The notes under the pieces: generated by a model
What the model saw: only the letters and a program-made list of their open reading frames with translations
The model's database searches: none
Told to the model about the DNA's origin: nothing
Translations under genes and position numbers: made by a program
In this document: positions 12,947 through 25,582 of the stretch, one piece after another
How positions within the stretch are numbered: position 1 is the stretch's first letter
Layout: each line of letters opens with the position of its first letter
Origin: Octopus bimaculoides
Lineage: Eukaryota
Direction of reading: 5' to 3'
Assembly (NCBI RefSeq): GCF_001194135.2
Contig: NC_068982.1
Coordinates: 123,916,297-123,980,296 of the forward strand
DNA: 64,000 nt

Positions 12947-13878
12947 GTAAGGAAAAGCATTTGTAACGAGAATTGTTATGTTCCACAGAATGTATTTAAT
13001 TAGATTCCCTTGAAACACGATGATTACTTTTGAGGTAATCATCATCAATATCATCATCATCAACAACGTTTAACATCCACTTTTCTATGTTTGCACGGGT
13101 CAAACAAATTAGTTGATTTTCTACTACCAGATACCCTTCCTGTCACCAACCCTCACCGCATTTCAAACTAGGTAATATTTCTTCATGGCCAGATGTGATT
13201 TTCATGAACAACCTCGCTTAAAAGATGATGATACTCATTTACAACCATCATGTGATGTCTAGATAAAGGTACACATACACAGACATGCATATGCAAGCAT
13301 ACGTATACACACACACACACACACACATTCATACATACATACATCTATATCTGTAAAACTGAGAATGTGTGTCTGTCTGTCTGACTGTATGTGTGCATCC
13401 CTAAAACTCAAGAACTACCCAACAGATATCATTCAAATTTTACACATGCCTTACTTAGGGTCCATGCAGTGTCATGGGTCAAAAAAATTTTCAACTTCTT
13501 GTGTTATTGTCATGCAAGTTGTATCATTCATTTCCAATATTCTGTGAAAACTTCTCTGTCCATAGGAAAATATTATCTCACTTAGAAACAGATGAGGGTT
13601 GGTTGCAGGAAAGGCATCTGGCCATAGAATATCTGCTTCAATACACTCCATCCAAAATCTGAAAGCAAAGTGATTGTTAAAACAATAATGATAATGCAGT
13701 TTTCTCAAATTAATGTATCAAATATTATTAATAATTATGGTTATAAATTAATTATAAATAAAAAGTAATTTGCAGTTTAATTTATGCATTTTTAAAATTT
13801 TCATTTTTACGGGTTTAACAATTTTTATATGCATTATTATTATTTCTATTCGTTTTTGTTTTTTTTGTGCTTTATCAG

Positions 13879-14022
13879 TTCCTCCTAAATTAATTAATGG
13901 TGAACAATTGAACTTAAAAGTTACTGTAAATCATGAAATTGCTCTGCCATGTCATGCAGAAGGCTTCCCAAAACCAGACATTATTTGGCGGAGAAAATCA
14001 AAAATTTTATCAAATGAACAAG
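13879..14022 (+). CDS. HMCN1: Hemicentin exon, N-half of Ig domain 7 (VPPKLING...ILSNEQ)
   Basis: ctttatcag acceptor, G|gtaatc donor, 144 nt, phase 1-1. Confidence 0.92.
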
Positions 14023-14039
14023 GTAATCATTAATTCTCA

Positions 14040-14460
14040 GTCTTTCTCTCTCTCTGTACATATACGCCCACATGCAAACATACATATATGCATATATATA
14101 CATTACACACATATATCTGTATTTGTGTATATATATATATATGTGTGTGTGTGTGTATACATGTATGCACTTACAAAAGTATATATATGTATGTGTGTGT
14201 GTGTGTGTATGTACGTATGTATCTAACTGTCTATTTATCTCTCTGTCTATCTGTTTCACTCTGTCTGTCTATCTATCTATCTATCTATCTATCTTAGCCA
14301 TTTATCTATTTATTTATCTATCTATCCCTCTATCCATCCATCCATCTATCTTATCTATCTATCTATCTTATCCATTTATCTATTTATTTATTTATCTGTC
14401 TATCTATTTATCTATCCCTCTATCTATCCATGCATCCATCTATCTATCTATCTATCTGTC
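14040..14460. repeat. Compound microsatellite (TC)n/(TA)n/(TG)n/(TATC)n/(TCCA)n; similar block at 14735-14820
   Basis: Directly visible. Confidence 0.9.
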
Positions 14461-15445
14461 TGTTTCAAACGGATCACTATAATCAAAGGTTCTATTCCAA
14501 GACATAGGCTCATAAAGCCACTGTCCTAGATTCTGTAGTGTATATATTACTCCCTGCATGAATGGGACACCAGTCCACCACAAGATTACTCAATTTTGCT
14601 ACCTGAGTAGACTGGGGCAATGTGAAATGAAGTGTTTTGCTCAAGGAAACAATGCATCACCTGCTCCAGGAATCAAACCCATAATGTTATGTTCATAAGT
14701 GCAACACCCTAAATGCTGAGCCCCATGCCTCTACATTTGTCTATCCATCCATCCATCCATCTATCTATTTATCTATCTATCTATCTATCTATCTGTATAT
14801 ATATATATATATATATATATAGTACAGTAATAAAAAGAAAGTTCTTGGTACAGTATTATATATATATTTTTGAAAAAATAAGTAGAGATGGCTTTTTTGC
14901 TGGGGGGTAATTTTTATTCTAATCTTAATAATAATGTTTACAGTAAGTTACCTCGATATGAGTTTCGAGCTTCAAGTAACTGTTTTCAAACTACTTGAAG
15001 CTCAAAAGTCATATCAGAGTAACTCACTGTAAACATTAAATTATCCCCCCCCCCACAAATCCATCTCTACTCATTTTTTAAAATATATATATATAAATAA
15101 TAAATGAGTTTATGCATATATACGTACATGTATGTACATACCTACATCTACATGTATATATAGATGCATATCTGGGTAGAGGACGTTGCAAACAAAACGT
15201 AGACAAAATGATAAACAGAGTACAGAAAACACACAGGCCACATAGAGAACATTTCCTTCATCAGCTGCCATCATTCTAAAAGTAAGCGTTTCGAAGAGTT
15301 AATATATATATTATATATATAAAGATTATTGTAAAATGAAAATAACAAATTAGCTCTTAAACCCCTCACTTAGTCTGGCATACTGAAAATAAAATACTTC
15401 TTTCTTTTTTAAATATGTATCATTTTATGTAACATTTGCATTCAG

Positions 15446-15574
15446 GTATGACCATACTCAACAATGGTACTTTGGTTCTGCACCGCCCAGCACTCTCAGA
15501 TTCTGGTACTTATGCATGCATTGCACAGAATAATGCTGGAAGTGCTATTGGTCAAGTCCATCTTGAAGTACAAG
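15446..15574 (+). CDS. HMCN1: Hemicentin exon, C-half of Ig domain 7 (GMTILNNGTL...DSGTYAC...HLEVQ); not in ORF track in this frame
   Basis: tttgcattcag acceptor, G|gtatgt donor, 129 nt, phase 1-1, completes the domain. Confidence 0.92.
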
Positions 15575-16087
15575 GTATGTAATTCATTACTTAGAATTTG
15601 TGTTCTTTTCTGCTTTCACATTATATATTTTACACCTAATTTTCAAAACAATCTCTTTATTTTCATAAACAAACAATAAGAATTTAACCAATAATGGATG
15701 TGCTGCAAAGTAATGGATTGTAACCACAAGGCCTTGTAAACAAAACACACCTTGTTTCAATCCTTCTTCCTGCAAAATCACTTTCAGTTGTTACCTAGTG
15801 ATAGCAGGGAAAAGTAGCAGCAAAACTATATTTAACATAAAAAAAGATGATGCAAAAATGGTGATAATGATGATGATAAATATACATATATGTATATGTA
15901 TATCATATAAGTTCTATGTATATATATATGTAGTTATGGTATATTCTGTTAAGAGCATAGTAGAGTACAGTATAAAGCTCGTCGGCCTTCAGATTTATCC
16001 TGCGCTCTCCAGTAGTAGCATTATACGTACTTCTAGGTTTGTGTCTGGGCTTCTGTTGTATGTGAATAGATAACTGAAAAAAATGGT

Positions 16088-16125
<38 letters not shown>

Positions 16126-16158
16126 CCTTAATTTAAATTCTGTATTCAACCTACATTC

Positions 16159-16403
16159 TTAAACCATTTGCAGTAGAATTATTGTTGCATTACATTGCCA
16201 GTAAGATCCATTTGGGGGGGGGGGGGGTTGTATATATACTATTCTACTTTGCATAAACCTCACGCATCTACCCTACAATGTTATTCTAAAAATATGCAAT
16301 CGCATCATTAAAGCCTTGAAGCTATGAGATTATGCATAATTATTTCAAAACAAAAACAATGTGAATAACATTTGACAAAGAAATCTGAATGCTAAAGGGT
16401 TAA
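16159..16403. mobile_element. TTAA-ended MITE-like repeat
   Basis: ttaaaccatttgca ... gaatgctaaagggttaa imperfect TIRs, same family as 1952-2330. Confidence 0.55.
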
Positions 16404-16733
16404 ATATAATACCTTTAATAACATCACTTACAAGAACTACGAGGACTACTAGTCATATGTTTGCAGTCCTTTTGTCGAGACACTACATCCTTCAAAACTT
16501 CCATACTTGCTGAAATCCACCAACAGCACACCTGGTGGCTGTTTTTCTTAGTTGTAGTGCACCTGAGCACTGTATACAACAATTTCTTTCATATATTTTT
16601 AATATTTTTTATTTATTAAACAAAAAATTGTTGCTAATCAAGACAAAATTATATGTAATTGCTTGAATTATCACTAAAACCAATATGACTTGGTGTTAGC
16701 ATTGTTTTTCATGTATTTTTCTCTTCTTCATAG

Positions 16734-16923
16734 TACCACCAAAGATATCAGTGAACAAGTCACGGTATACTACTCAACAAGATAAAAGTGTAGTTTTGCA
16801 GTGTGAAAGTCTTGGAATTCCAAAGCCTACCATTAGATGGACCAAAGATGGACAGGAATTAGCTACTGATAATTATAAATATGCTATTTTACATGGAACC
16901 ATGCTCTCTTTACCATTCCCAAG
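16734..16923 (+). CDS. HMCN1: Hemicentin exon, N-part of Ig domain 8 (VPPKISVNK...LSLPFPR)
   Basis: cttcttcatag acceptor, AG|gtacaa donor, 190 nt, phase 1-2. Confidence 0.92.
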
Positions 16924-17971
16924 GTACAATTTTATTCATTGACTTATTTGTTTAAGATGTCTTCTTGCAATATAGAGATCAAATAAGAGGGACGATTATG
17001 ATGATGACAGAGAAGGAAGACGTGGTGGTGGTGGTGGTGGCAGTGGTAGTGGTAACAGCAGCAGCAACAATCACGCTACCAATCTCCTGTCCCCACCCTC
17101 TCTCTAACAAAGATTGACATGAGGGCTAACCAGCAATAACAATAACTACTACTACCACTGCTGCTGTTGCTAGTACTACTAATATAGCTATTGCTGCTGC
17201 TGTTGCTCTGCTACCACTATATCATTAATATGTACTAATGGGACCCATGAATATTTCATGGATTTAATGATAAACCTGTTGGGTTATTTCTGAAAACTTT
17301 ATCCAAAAAATCTGAAAGCATAGCCTGTGTTGTTTTTTGTATGGAAAGATAGTTGCTCATCTGCTAATCATTGAAAAGTGAAGGAAATTGGAATATGATG
17401 ATTATTTAATGCACTTTATTTCTATGGCCTTTTCCATCTTCGACTCCTACCAAGCAAGGTAATATTTCCCTATGGTTAGATATGTTTACACAGAAATATT
17501 GGAAATGAAGGATAATCATGACAAGGAGACACAAACATATACACACTCATACACACCTACTTGTATACATACATACATACATCATCGTCATCGTTGTTTA
17601 ACGTCTACCTCCCCTGCTGGCATGGGTTGGATGGTTTGACAGGAGCTGGCCAGACTCCTATGTTTGTTTTGGCACAGTTTTTATGGATAGATGCCCTTCC
17701 TAACACCAACTACTTCACAGAGTGGACTGAGTGCTTTTTATGTGGCTGGCTTTTACAGCTGGATGCCCTTCTAAGTGCCAACCACTTTACAGTGTGGATT
17801 GGATAGTTCAGTATTGAGTTATTATGGCAGCATTAATGAGACTGATATGATCAAAACCTTCAAGTAGAAAGAGGATTAAGCCCAGCAGTAGCCAGCAACC
17901 TTTCCACTCTTTATTACATTTATTATATTTTTAATTGATTTCTCCACCCTTATTTTACTTTATCTGTTTAG

Positions 17972-18054
17972 GGCTGAAGATAGTGGAACATATATATGCA
18001 TAGCCGAAAATGGTGCAGGTCGAGATGAAAAAGCAATCAAGCTGAAAGTTCAAG
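17972..18054 (+). CDS. HMCN1: Hemicentin exon, C-part of Ig domain 8 (AEDSGTYICIAENGAG...LKVQ)
   Basis: tatctgtttag acceptor, G|gttagt donor, 83 nt, phase 2-1; 190+83=273 nt. Confidence 0.92.
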
Positions 18055-18697
18055 GTTAGTAGTTTCAATTAAACACTATTGATATAAAACAAAATTTAAG
18101 TTAAATACTGGGGGCAATTTGTTTGATTAAAAAAAAACTTTCAAATGAGTGCCCCAGTATGGTCACAGCCCAATGACTGAAGCAAGTAAGAGTTAAAAGA
18201 TAACGATTCAGAAAAAGTATTCATTCTCTGAATTTGAATTTCAGAAGCATTGATTAGTCGTTCTCAGTAAGTAAGAGATGAATGGCCCCTGGGTGACCTT
18301 GGAATATTAGAAAGGAGTGACAGACTGTCTATCAGATTGTGTTGTATTGGGGAGATTAATGGAAGAAATTCATAAGTGTTTCACAGTGGTTTTCCAGGAA
18401 CCTGAGAGGAGCTCTTAAGGAAGCCATGGCCAAAAATGTTTGTGAATGACTGCACAATCTTCAAATACCTTTGTTCTAAAACATTCATATTGGTTTCATT
18501 TTTGTATTTGGTTTGCAAGGTTCTTGATGTGAATTTGTATGTTGAAGCAAATCTTGTCTTGAGAGAGTCAGTACAACCAACAATGATAAACACATGCACT
18601 GTGTGCTTATTATTATTGGCATAATGACTTTCTCAAGACACAATAAGATCCATATTTTAATTTCTTAAATTGTTTGTTTTATTTATTTTTCCAATAG

Positions 18698-18885
18698 TTC
18701 CACCAACCATTGAAGAAACAAGTCATTTAATGACTGCAACTGTTGGTAGTACTGTAAATATTCCATGTAAAGCTACAGGTAACCCAGAACCTAAGCTAAA
18801 ATGGAAGAAAAATGACAAAAAGTTATCATCAAAAAGACCAAAGTTTATACTTGAGTCTGACAGTTTGATAATACAAGGAGTATTG
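18698..18885 (+). CDS. HMCN1: Hemicentin exon, N-part of Ig domain 9 (VPPTIEET...LIIQGVL)
   Basis: ttttccaatag acceptor, TTG|gttagt donor, 188 nt, phase 1-0. Confidence 0.92.
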
Positions 18886-19029
18886 GTTAGTTATATTTTT
18901 TTATTTTCTTTGTTAAACAATTAAAAAATCGTTCTACATCATTTCATTTCTGGTTGTAGAAGAAGAAGTAAAGCATGGTAAAATTTCCAAGTTATGACAT
19001 CCATTTGAATTTGAAGTTTAAAATCCATT

Positions 19030-19350
19030 CAGATTCCTTTTGAGTGTTGGGCCTTCCTTTTGAGTGCTGGGCCTCACAGAGGCAAGGTGGCTGAGTTCTT
19101 TTCAAGTGGGCCTCATGGAAGTGAGGTGGCTGAGTTCCTTTTGAGCATTGGGCCACATGGAGCTAAAGTGGCTGAGCTCCTGGGTCGCATGGGGGCAAAG
19201 TGGCTGAATTCCTTTCTAGTGCTGAGCTTCACGGAGGTGAGGTCACTGAGTTCCTTTCAAACGGGCCTCATGGAGGTGAGGTGGTTGAGTTCCTTTTGAG
19301 CATTGGGTCTCATGGAGGCAAAGTGGCCAAGCACCTTTCGAGTGTTGGCC
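19030..19350 (+). repeat. Minisatellite of about 39-42 bp units (gggcctcatggaggtgaggtggctgagttccttttgagcatt) running into an RTE 3' end (to about 19570)
   Basis: About 7 degenerate units visible; ORF track shows repeated GPHG.EVAEF peptide. Confidence 0.8.
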
Positions 19351-20143
19351 TCATGGAGGCAGTGACCAAAACCTTTGGCATTATATCATGCTAAGACCCA
19401 TCAAGCCGAGCAAAATCACAGTCATGGCAGATACTGGTGTTATGTGAATGGCACCTCTGCTGGTGACATGTTAAAGCACCCATTACACTCTCAAATTGGC
19501 CAAATCAGATTGGATCCTGGCACAGCCATCCAGCATGCCAGCCCAGTCAAATCATTAAATGCATTACTTCACTGTTTCAGCCAACCTATTAAAATCCTAA
19601 TTACAAACATAAAGCTAACATAGACAACTAACATCATATGTAAGTTAGTACATTAATCTATTGAACCACCTAACTGCTCAAGTTTTTGAATTTTTTAAAC
19701 CATCTGATCATTGCAATATTAAGAAGATAAAATAAATATATGAGTTTATAGATGTACTAGTCTGGTAAGTGATTTGATCTGAAACCATGTGTTAAAGCTA
19801 AAATGATTCCAGCATCAAAGACACATATTAGCCACTCAAAAACACACAGAGACTATTAACTTCACTTAAACATTTATTAGTTGATGTCAAAGTTTTCATT
19901 ACATCAACTCAGTTACTGTGGAAATGTGTCAATGACCAGGTCACAGTTGACGTAACAAAAATTTTGACACCAAATAATGAATGTTTAAATGAAGTTAACA
20001 GTTTTGTGTTTTTGAATAGCTAATATATGTCTTCCATTCTGTAATTGTATGAAAATATAAAAGTAAATTTAATAAAGAATAATTCTTTGATATCTAAAAA
20101 AAAAAACTTAATTGCTATTCCTTACATTTTTTACCTTCTTCAG

Positions 20144-20225
20144 GCAAATGATACAGGCAGTTATGTTTGCACAGCTACAAACAGAGTTGGCGAAGATTCC
20201 CACGAAATACTTTTAAGAGTACAAG
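20144..20225 (+). CDS. HMCN1: Hemicentin exon, C-part of Ig domain 9 (ANDTGSYVC...LLRVQ)
   Basis: ccttcttcag acceptor, G|gtaaca donor, 82 nt, phase 0-1. Confidence 0.92.
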
Positions 20226-20847
20226 GTAACATTTATATCTTATTTTGTAGCATTTTCTGAAATTCTCTTCTAATTTTTTAAAATATAAACCAGTGTCTAA
20301 AGAAGCTAATGGTAGTTCACAGCAGAAAAATATATAATATATACACTTGTCAAAACATGAGTTTGGATAAGTGTATATATGCCATAAGGAAACAATGGAC
20401 CCTGAAATGAAGGGGTAGTCTTAAAACAGGTGATTCCTCTTTTTTTCCATTGTATCAGAGCTTATCCAAACTCTCAAACTTCACTTTACACAGCATATTT
20501 TCCTTCCCTTGTTCTCAATGTTAATAGAACTTTTCACAAAATATGATGCAAATAACTTGCTGATCAAATATTCATTTTTAATTACATCTACAGTTAATTA
20601 TTTGGATTCTTCAAATCTAAGATTTGACATTACTCTCACTTACAGGCCATAAAATCCCATATTCCTCATATTAATCAGTTGCCATTTGCTGTTTCATTAA
20701 TTTGTTACATCACTTCTTGAGTAATTTAGGTGATATTCTTGTTGATTAATGGAATTTTAAGATTTCAAGCTTGTTGATATATAAAATATACCCACTTTCA
20801 ACCAGTATTTAGACAAATTATTTCACATGTATGTGTGAATGTATGTA

Positions 20848-20893
<46 letters not shown>

Positions 20894-20951
20894 TACATAC
20901 ACACACATATATACACACACACATACACAAATACATGCATACATATATGTA

Positions 20952-20995
<44 letters not shown>

Positions 20996-21055
20996 CTTTA
21001 TATATGGAATTGTTTTATTTACAAAAAATATTTTTCATTTTACTTCTATCTTCAG

Positions 21056-21187
21056 TCCCACCAAGCTTCAAAACATTACCAGTAAATAAAGAAGTTCTTG
21101 TCGGTTCACGACTTAAGTTGCAGTGTTCTGCAGATGGAATTCCAGTTCCGGTCATATCTTGGCGACATAATGGCAATGCTATCCATG
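21056..21187 (+). CDS. HMCN1: Hemicentin exon, N-half of Ig domain 10 (VPPSFKTLP...NGNAIH)
   Basis: ctatcttcag acceptor, G|gtacaa donor, 132 nt, phase 1-1. Confidence 0.92.
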
Positions 21188-21643
21188 GTACAAATAAAGC
21201 CACTTACATAATGTTTTGTTTTCCTTTATTTCAATCTAATAATATAATATTATGATTATAGATTAGCAAGAGAAGCAGCATTAATACCAAGAGATAATAT
21301 TTATCCCTACTTAAACATGGATGGTCTGTAAGAACAAACTATACTATGGTAATTGCTATGAGAGAAACATTCATATTGGTTTTTGGTGCAAAATACATTC
21401 TTGTTTATATCATTACCACCAGTGATATAAACAAGAGTGCATTTTGCACCAAAAGCCAATATGAGAGTTTTTCTCGTGGTATCTACGGCAGTATAGTTTG
21501 TTCTAACAGAACATCTATATTTAAGTGGAGATAAATATTACTTCTCAACATGGTGAATATTTTACAATTTTTCTATTTCAACCAATAATAATATGTATTG
21601 ACATTGACGATAACATTATTGTCTGTTCTTTCTTATCATTTAG

Positions 21644-21775
21644 CTCCGCCGAGTATAAATGGCCAAAGTAAGCTTATTGTAAGAAATACAGGCAAAGAAG
21701 ACAGTGGCCGATATACGTGTATTGCCAAAAATCCTGCTGGACAGCGAGAAACTCAAGCTACTGTTGGTGTGAAAG
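21644..21775 (+). CDS. HMCN1: Hemicentin exon, C-half of Ig domain 10 (APPSINGQSKL...TVGVK)
   Basis: tatcatttag acceptor, G|gtatta donor, 132 nt, phase 1-1, EDSGRYTC motif. Confidence 0.92.
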
Positions 21776-22002
21776 GTATTATATGTTACATGTTTCTTGA
21801 AGTAAATATAACAACAACATTGACTTATGATATACACCATAGCTACAGATAAACATTATTAACTTCACTATTATTAATCATGCAGAACATTGAGTATTTT
21901 CAATCACTAAATATCAGTTGTTCTCTCATTCATTAACTACCTTACAGTGATGTAAATAACACCAAACAATGAACACTTCCATTAAAAACAATTGTCTCGA
22001 GA

Positions 22003-22033
<31 letters not shown>

Positions 22034-22244
22034 GATCTTATAAGGTGATGCACAAGCACACAGCTCATAGTGCACTGCCTCCTATAGTAGAAACAGCTGC
22101 AAGCTAAGGGAGTAGATTGCATAATTCACATACTTTTGTCAGTCCATTAATTTATATTATGCTCTGTACTCACCTAGCACTTTATCCTGAAGCTTATGTA
22201 TATTGAGTTCTAACAACAGATTATTAGTATTAAGCAAAATCATA

Positions 22245-22287
<43 letters not shown>

Positions 22288-22390
22288 CATACATACATGC
22301 ATACATACATACATGCATACATACATACATACATAGAAATATATAGATAGATAGACTGACAGACAGAGATATAGATTTATATACACGGAC

Positions 22391-22436
<46 letters not shown>

Positions 22437-22438
<2 letters not shown>

Positions 22439-22815
22439 CTCAGAGATTTATTGCTTGTTTCTCCTTTTTCAAGATCAGCAACAATTTGTCACTGGAAAGA
22501 GCATATAGTATTTTGCGTTTGGAATGGGTTTTCTTTGCTAGCTGGTGATTGTCATATGCTGATGATGGGTTACTATCCGAAAACCTAGGTCTGTGTGTAT
22601 GATGTGATGCTAGAGAAGGGAATAATGATTTTCCTTCACAAATACTAATCGGACCCAGATAGTGTGTCGTTAGCCAGCTGGAGGAGATGTTATCCTGGGG
22701 CTATAAACAATGGTAGCATTGTCCCCTATGGGTCCGCCACATTTAGGTGGAAAATATACTTCACGATTCCATGCTGCTACTGTTTCCGTCTCACTCAGAG
22801 ATTTATTATTGCTAT
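22437..22815 (+). mobile_element. Penelope-type pLTR/retrozyme-like unit containing a degenerate hammerhead motif
   Basis: Direct terminal repeat ctcagagatttatt at 22439 and 22795; CTGATGA..GAAA..GTC core at 22559-22591; fragment of the same family at about 11941-12005. Confidence 0.6.
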
Positions 22816-22894
22816 ATATATATAAGAATAAGAGACAATGTGTAGTGTTCCAGTAAATATGTATATATATATGTATATGGATATATATATACAT

Positions 22895-23180
22895 CATCAT
22901 CATCATCGTTTAACGTCCGCTTTCCATGCTAGCATGGGTTGGACGATTTGACTGAGGACTGGTGAAACCGGATGGCAACACCAGGCTCCAATCTGATTTG
23001 GCAGAGTTTCTACAGCTGGATGCCCTTCCTAACGTCAACCACTCCGAGAGCGTAGTGGTTGCTTTTACGTGTCACCCGCACGAAGGCCAGTCAGGCGGTA
23101 CTGGCAACGGCCACGCTCAAAATGGTGTATTTTATGTGCCACCTGCACAAGAGCCAGTCCAGGGGCACTGGCAACCATCT
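22895..23180 (-). mobile_element. RTE-tail SINE or 5'-truncated RTE, (CAT)n tail
   Basis: Near-identical to 33985-34275 (+) and 52841-53068 (+); older copies at about 17580, 23850, 30030, 46170, 47560, 50860, 58310, 61100 and 61830. Confidence 0.85.
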
Positions 23181-23260
23181 GGCTCGAAAATCCTTACACA
23201 TGTCACAGGCACAAGTATATGTAAATGCATGTGTGTATATGTATGTAAATATGTATATGT

Positions 23261-23326
<66 letters not shown>

Positions 23327-24349
23327 GTGCCAGTTCAACAACTATCTAGTAATAGCACAGACCCTCATTAAATTCCAGGTTGGTATCTGGGATTCTGGAA
23401 GACTACTAGGAGTGAGGTACCCCTCAGCTTTTGTTAAAGGTAGTCATTCTCATATGAAATAGATATTCAGGGAATGACATTGAGCATTTTGGGGATCTTT
23501 TGCTTGTGCTTGAGATCACAATACTCCTGCATTTTTGAGCCGGTGTCTCATATTAACACTGGCTTTTCTCTGGATCATATCAGTTGGGTGGAGAGGGCCT
23601 GTGAGGTGTTGTGCAAGCCTCATTGGACCTGAAATTTTTCTTCATGTAATCACTGGTGATGTAGTCAAGTAGGAGGGTGCTACAGCAAGCATAGAAGCTG
23701 CAGGCACAAGACCGGGCAGAGCCAACTGTGGGTGCAATAACCTCATGTGCTGGTATTGCATACATTCTGCATGAACAGTGGTCAGTGATGGTCTCCCTTG
23801 GTTATGAGTGGACAACCATTATCTACATATATATGTATATATCATCACCATCATCATCATCATCATTTAACGTCCGTTGTCCATGCTGGCATGGATTGGT
23901 AGTTTGACCAGAACTAGCAAGCTGGGGAGCTGCACCAGACTCCAGTCTGGTTTGGTATGATTTCTATAGCTCGATGTTCTTCCTAATGCCAACCACTTTA
24001 GAGATTGTGCTGGGTACTTTTACATGGCACTGCACGGACACTTTTACATGTCAGTGCACAGGCTCTTTTATGTGGCACCACACAAGCATTTTTATGTGAT
24101 ATCAGTAATATCATTTGCTGAAGTTTTTTGATAAACTATTCAAGATTTTGATTGCAGTGAATTCTAATCTTTTAACATAAACAGAATTAATATTTCTTAA
24201 GATATGATTCCATAATTATACATGAATATTAATCTTTGGTTAATGTGTATATGATATGGAAAATATAAACATGCACTTGTATATAAAAATAATATCATAA
24301 TAACAGAAACATTAGTATGATAGCTTGTTTATGGAAAATTCTCCATGTG

Positions 24350-25582
24350 TTGGGTCATCCCATAAATCTGGTCTCTTCAATTGCATGAACTAAATGTCAG
24401 AGAGAGACGGAATAAACTACCTGCATCAATTTGCTATAAAAGCAGGTAGTAATTTTACCTTGTACTTATTCTTAGTGCAAGTTTTGAAAAGTGCAGTTAG
24501 ATTTTTAACAGTAATTTTTTCAAAGCTATAATGGAAGTGACAAAGGAGCATATTCGGCATATTTTGCTTTATGAATTCAATAAAGGCAACAACGCAATGG
24601 AAAGTGTAAGGAATATTAATGCAGTATATGGGGATTGGAAAATAAGCATAAGCCAGTGTCAATGGTTCCAGAAATTCTGAGCCAGAAACTACAGCCTAGA
24701 AGACGAGCCTCGTCTTGGAAGATCTGTAGAACTCGACGAGGACGTCCTGCAAATCCTGGTGGAACAAAATCCCATTGTAACTGTTTAGGAACTAGCAGAG
24801 AAGCTTGGATTTGGTCATTCAACCATCGTGTGCCATCAGAAAAGCCAGCAAACTGGGTCAATGGGTTCCTCACAAACTTTCCCAGTCTAATCGCATGCAA
24901 AGAGTGAATATGTGCTCTTCTTTGCTCATAAATGAACCATTTTTAGATCGAATAGTGACTGTTAAGGAGAGATGGGTTCTCTATAAAAATGTCAAGTGCT
25001 GCAGACAGTGGGTAGTGAAAGGAGAAACGCCTGCACCCCAGGGTAAAGACGGTCTTCACCTATGGAAGGTTTTGTTTTGTGTTTTGTGGGATATAGAAGG
25101 TTTAGCCTACTTTGAACTTTTAAACCCAAACCAAACGATAAGAAAGGAGATCTACTGTGAGCAGCTTGTGTGCCTTAAGTCAGCACTAGAAGAAAAATGA
25201 CCATTTTTGGTTTCAAGACATCAGGATAATGCTCAACCACATACAGCAAGAATGACATTCGAAAGGTTGGGGCAGTTTGAATGGGAAACGATGCTCCACC
25301 CACCATATTCGCCGGACATTGCCCAATCTGATTGTCATTTATTCCGAAGTCGTCAATGACTACAGAATAAATGTAGATGAGGTCAGAACAGTACTGGAGG
25401 AATATTTTTTATCACTGACCAGTGAAGTCTGGAAGAGGGACCTTGCAAGTCTACCAGATAGCTGGAAGAGATTTGTAGAAAATGAAGGAGAGTATATTTT
25501 AGATTAAGAAAGAACTTTATTTATCTTAATTTTGAAAAATAAAAAAGTATGAAAAAACCACATTATTTATGGGATGATCCAA
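24350..25582 (+). mobile_element. Mariner transposon, near full length, inactivated
   Basis: TIRs ttgggtcatcccataaat / atttatgggatgatccaa followed by TA. Broken transposase from ATG 24531 (MEVTKEHIRHILLYEFNKG) with WVPHKL, HQDNAQPH and HPPYSPDIAQSD motifs, ending ENEGEYILD*; stops and frameshifts present. Confidence 0.92.

Noticed and set aside
14072-14482. ORFs rich in YI/CV/HT/LSIY repeats (here and at 20831, 22962, 27124, 50696 poly-His, 57656 and others)
   Set aside because: Translations of (TA)n, (TG)n, (CA)n, (TATC)n and (CAT)n microsatellites
15241-15300. GAAAC and CTGATGA on the minus strand (possible hammerhead)
   Set aside because: The motifs are in permuted order, the stem II partner is truncated by a (TA) run and no NUH/stem III pairing could be built; at most a Penelope pLTR scrap
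19030-19350. Regularly spaced repeat resembling a CRISPR array
   Set aside because: Eukaryotic context, head-to-tail degenerate units with no unique spacers, and no cas genes
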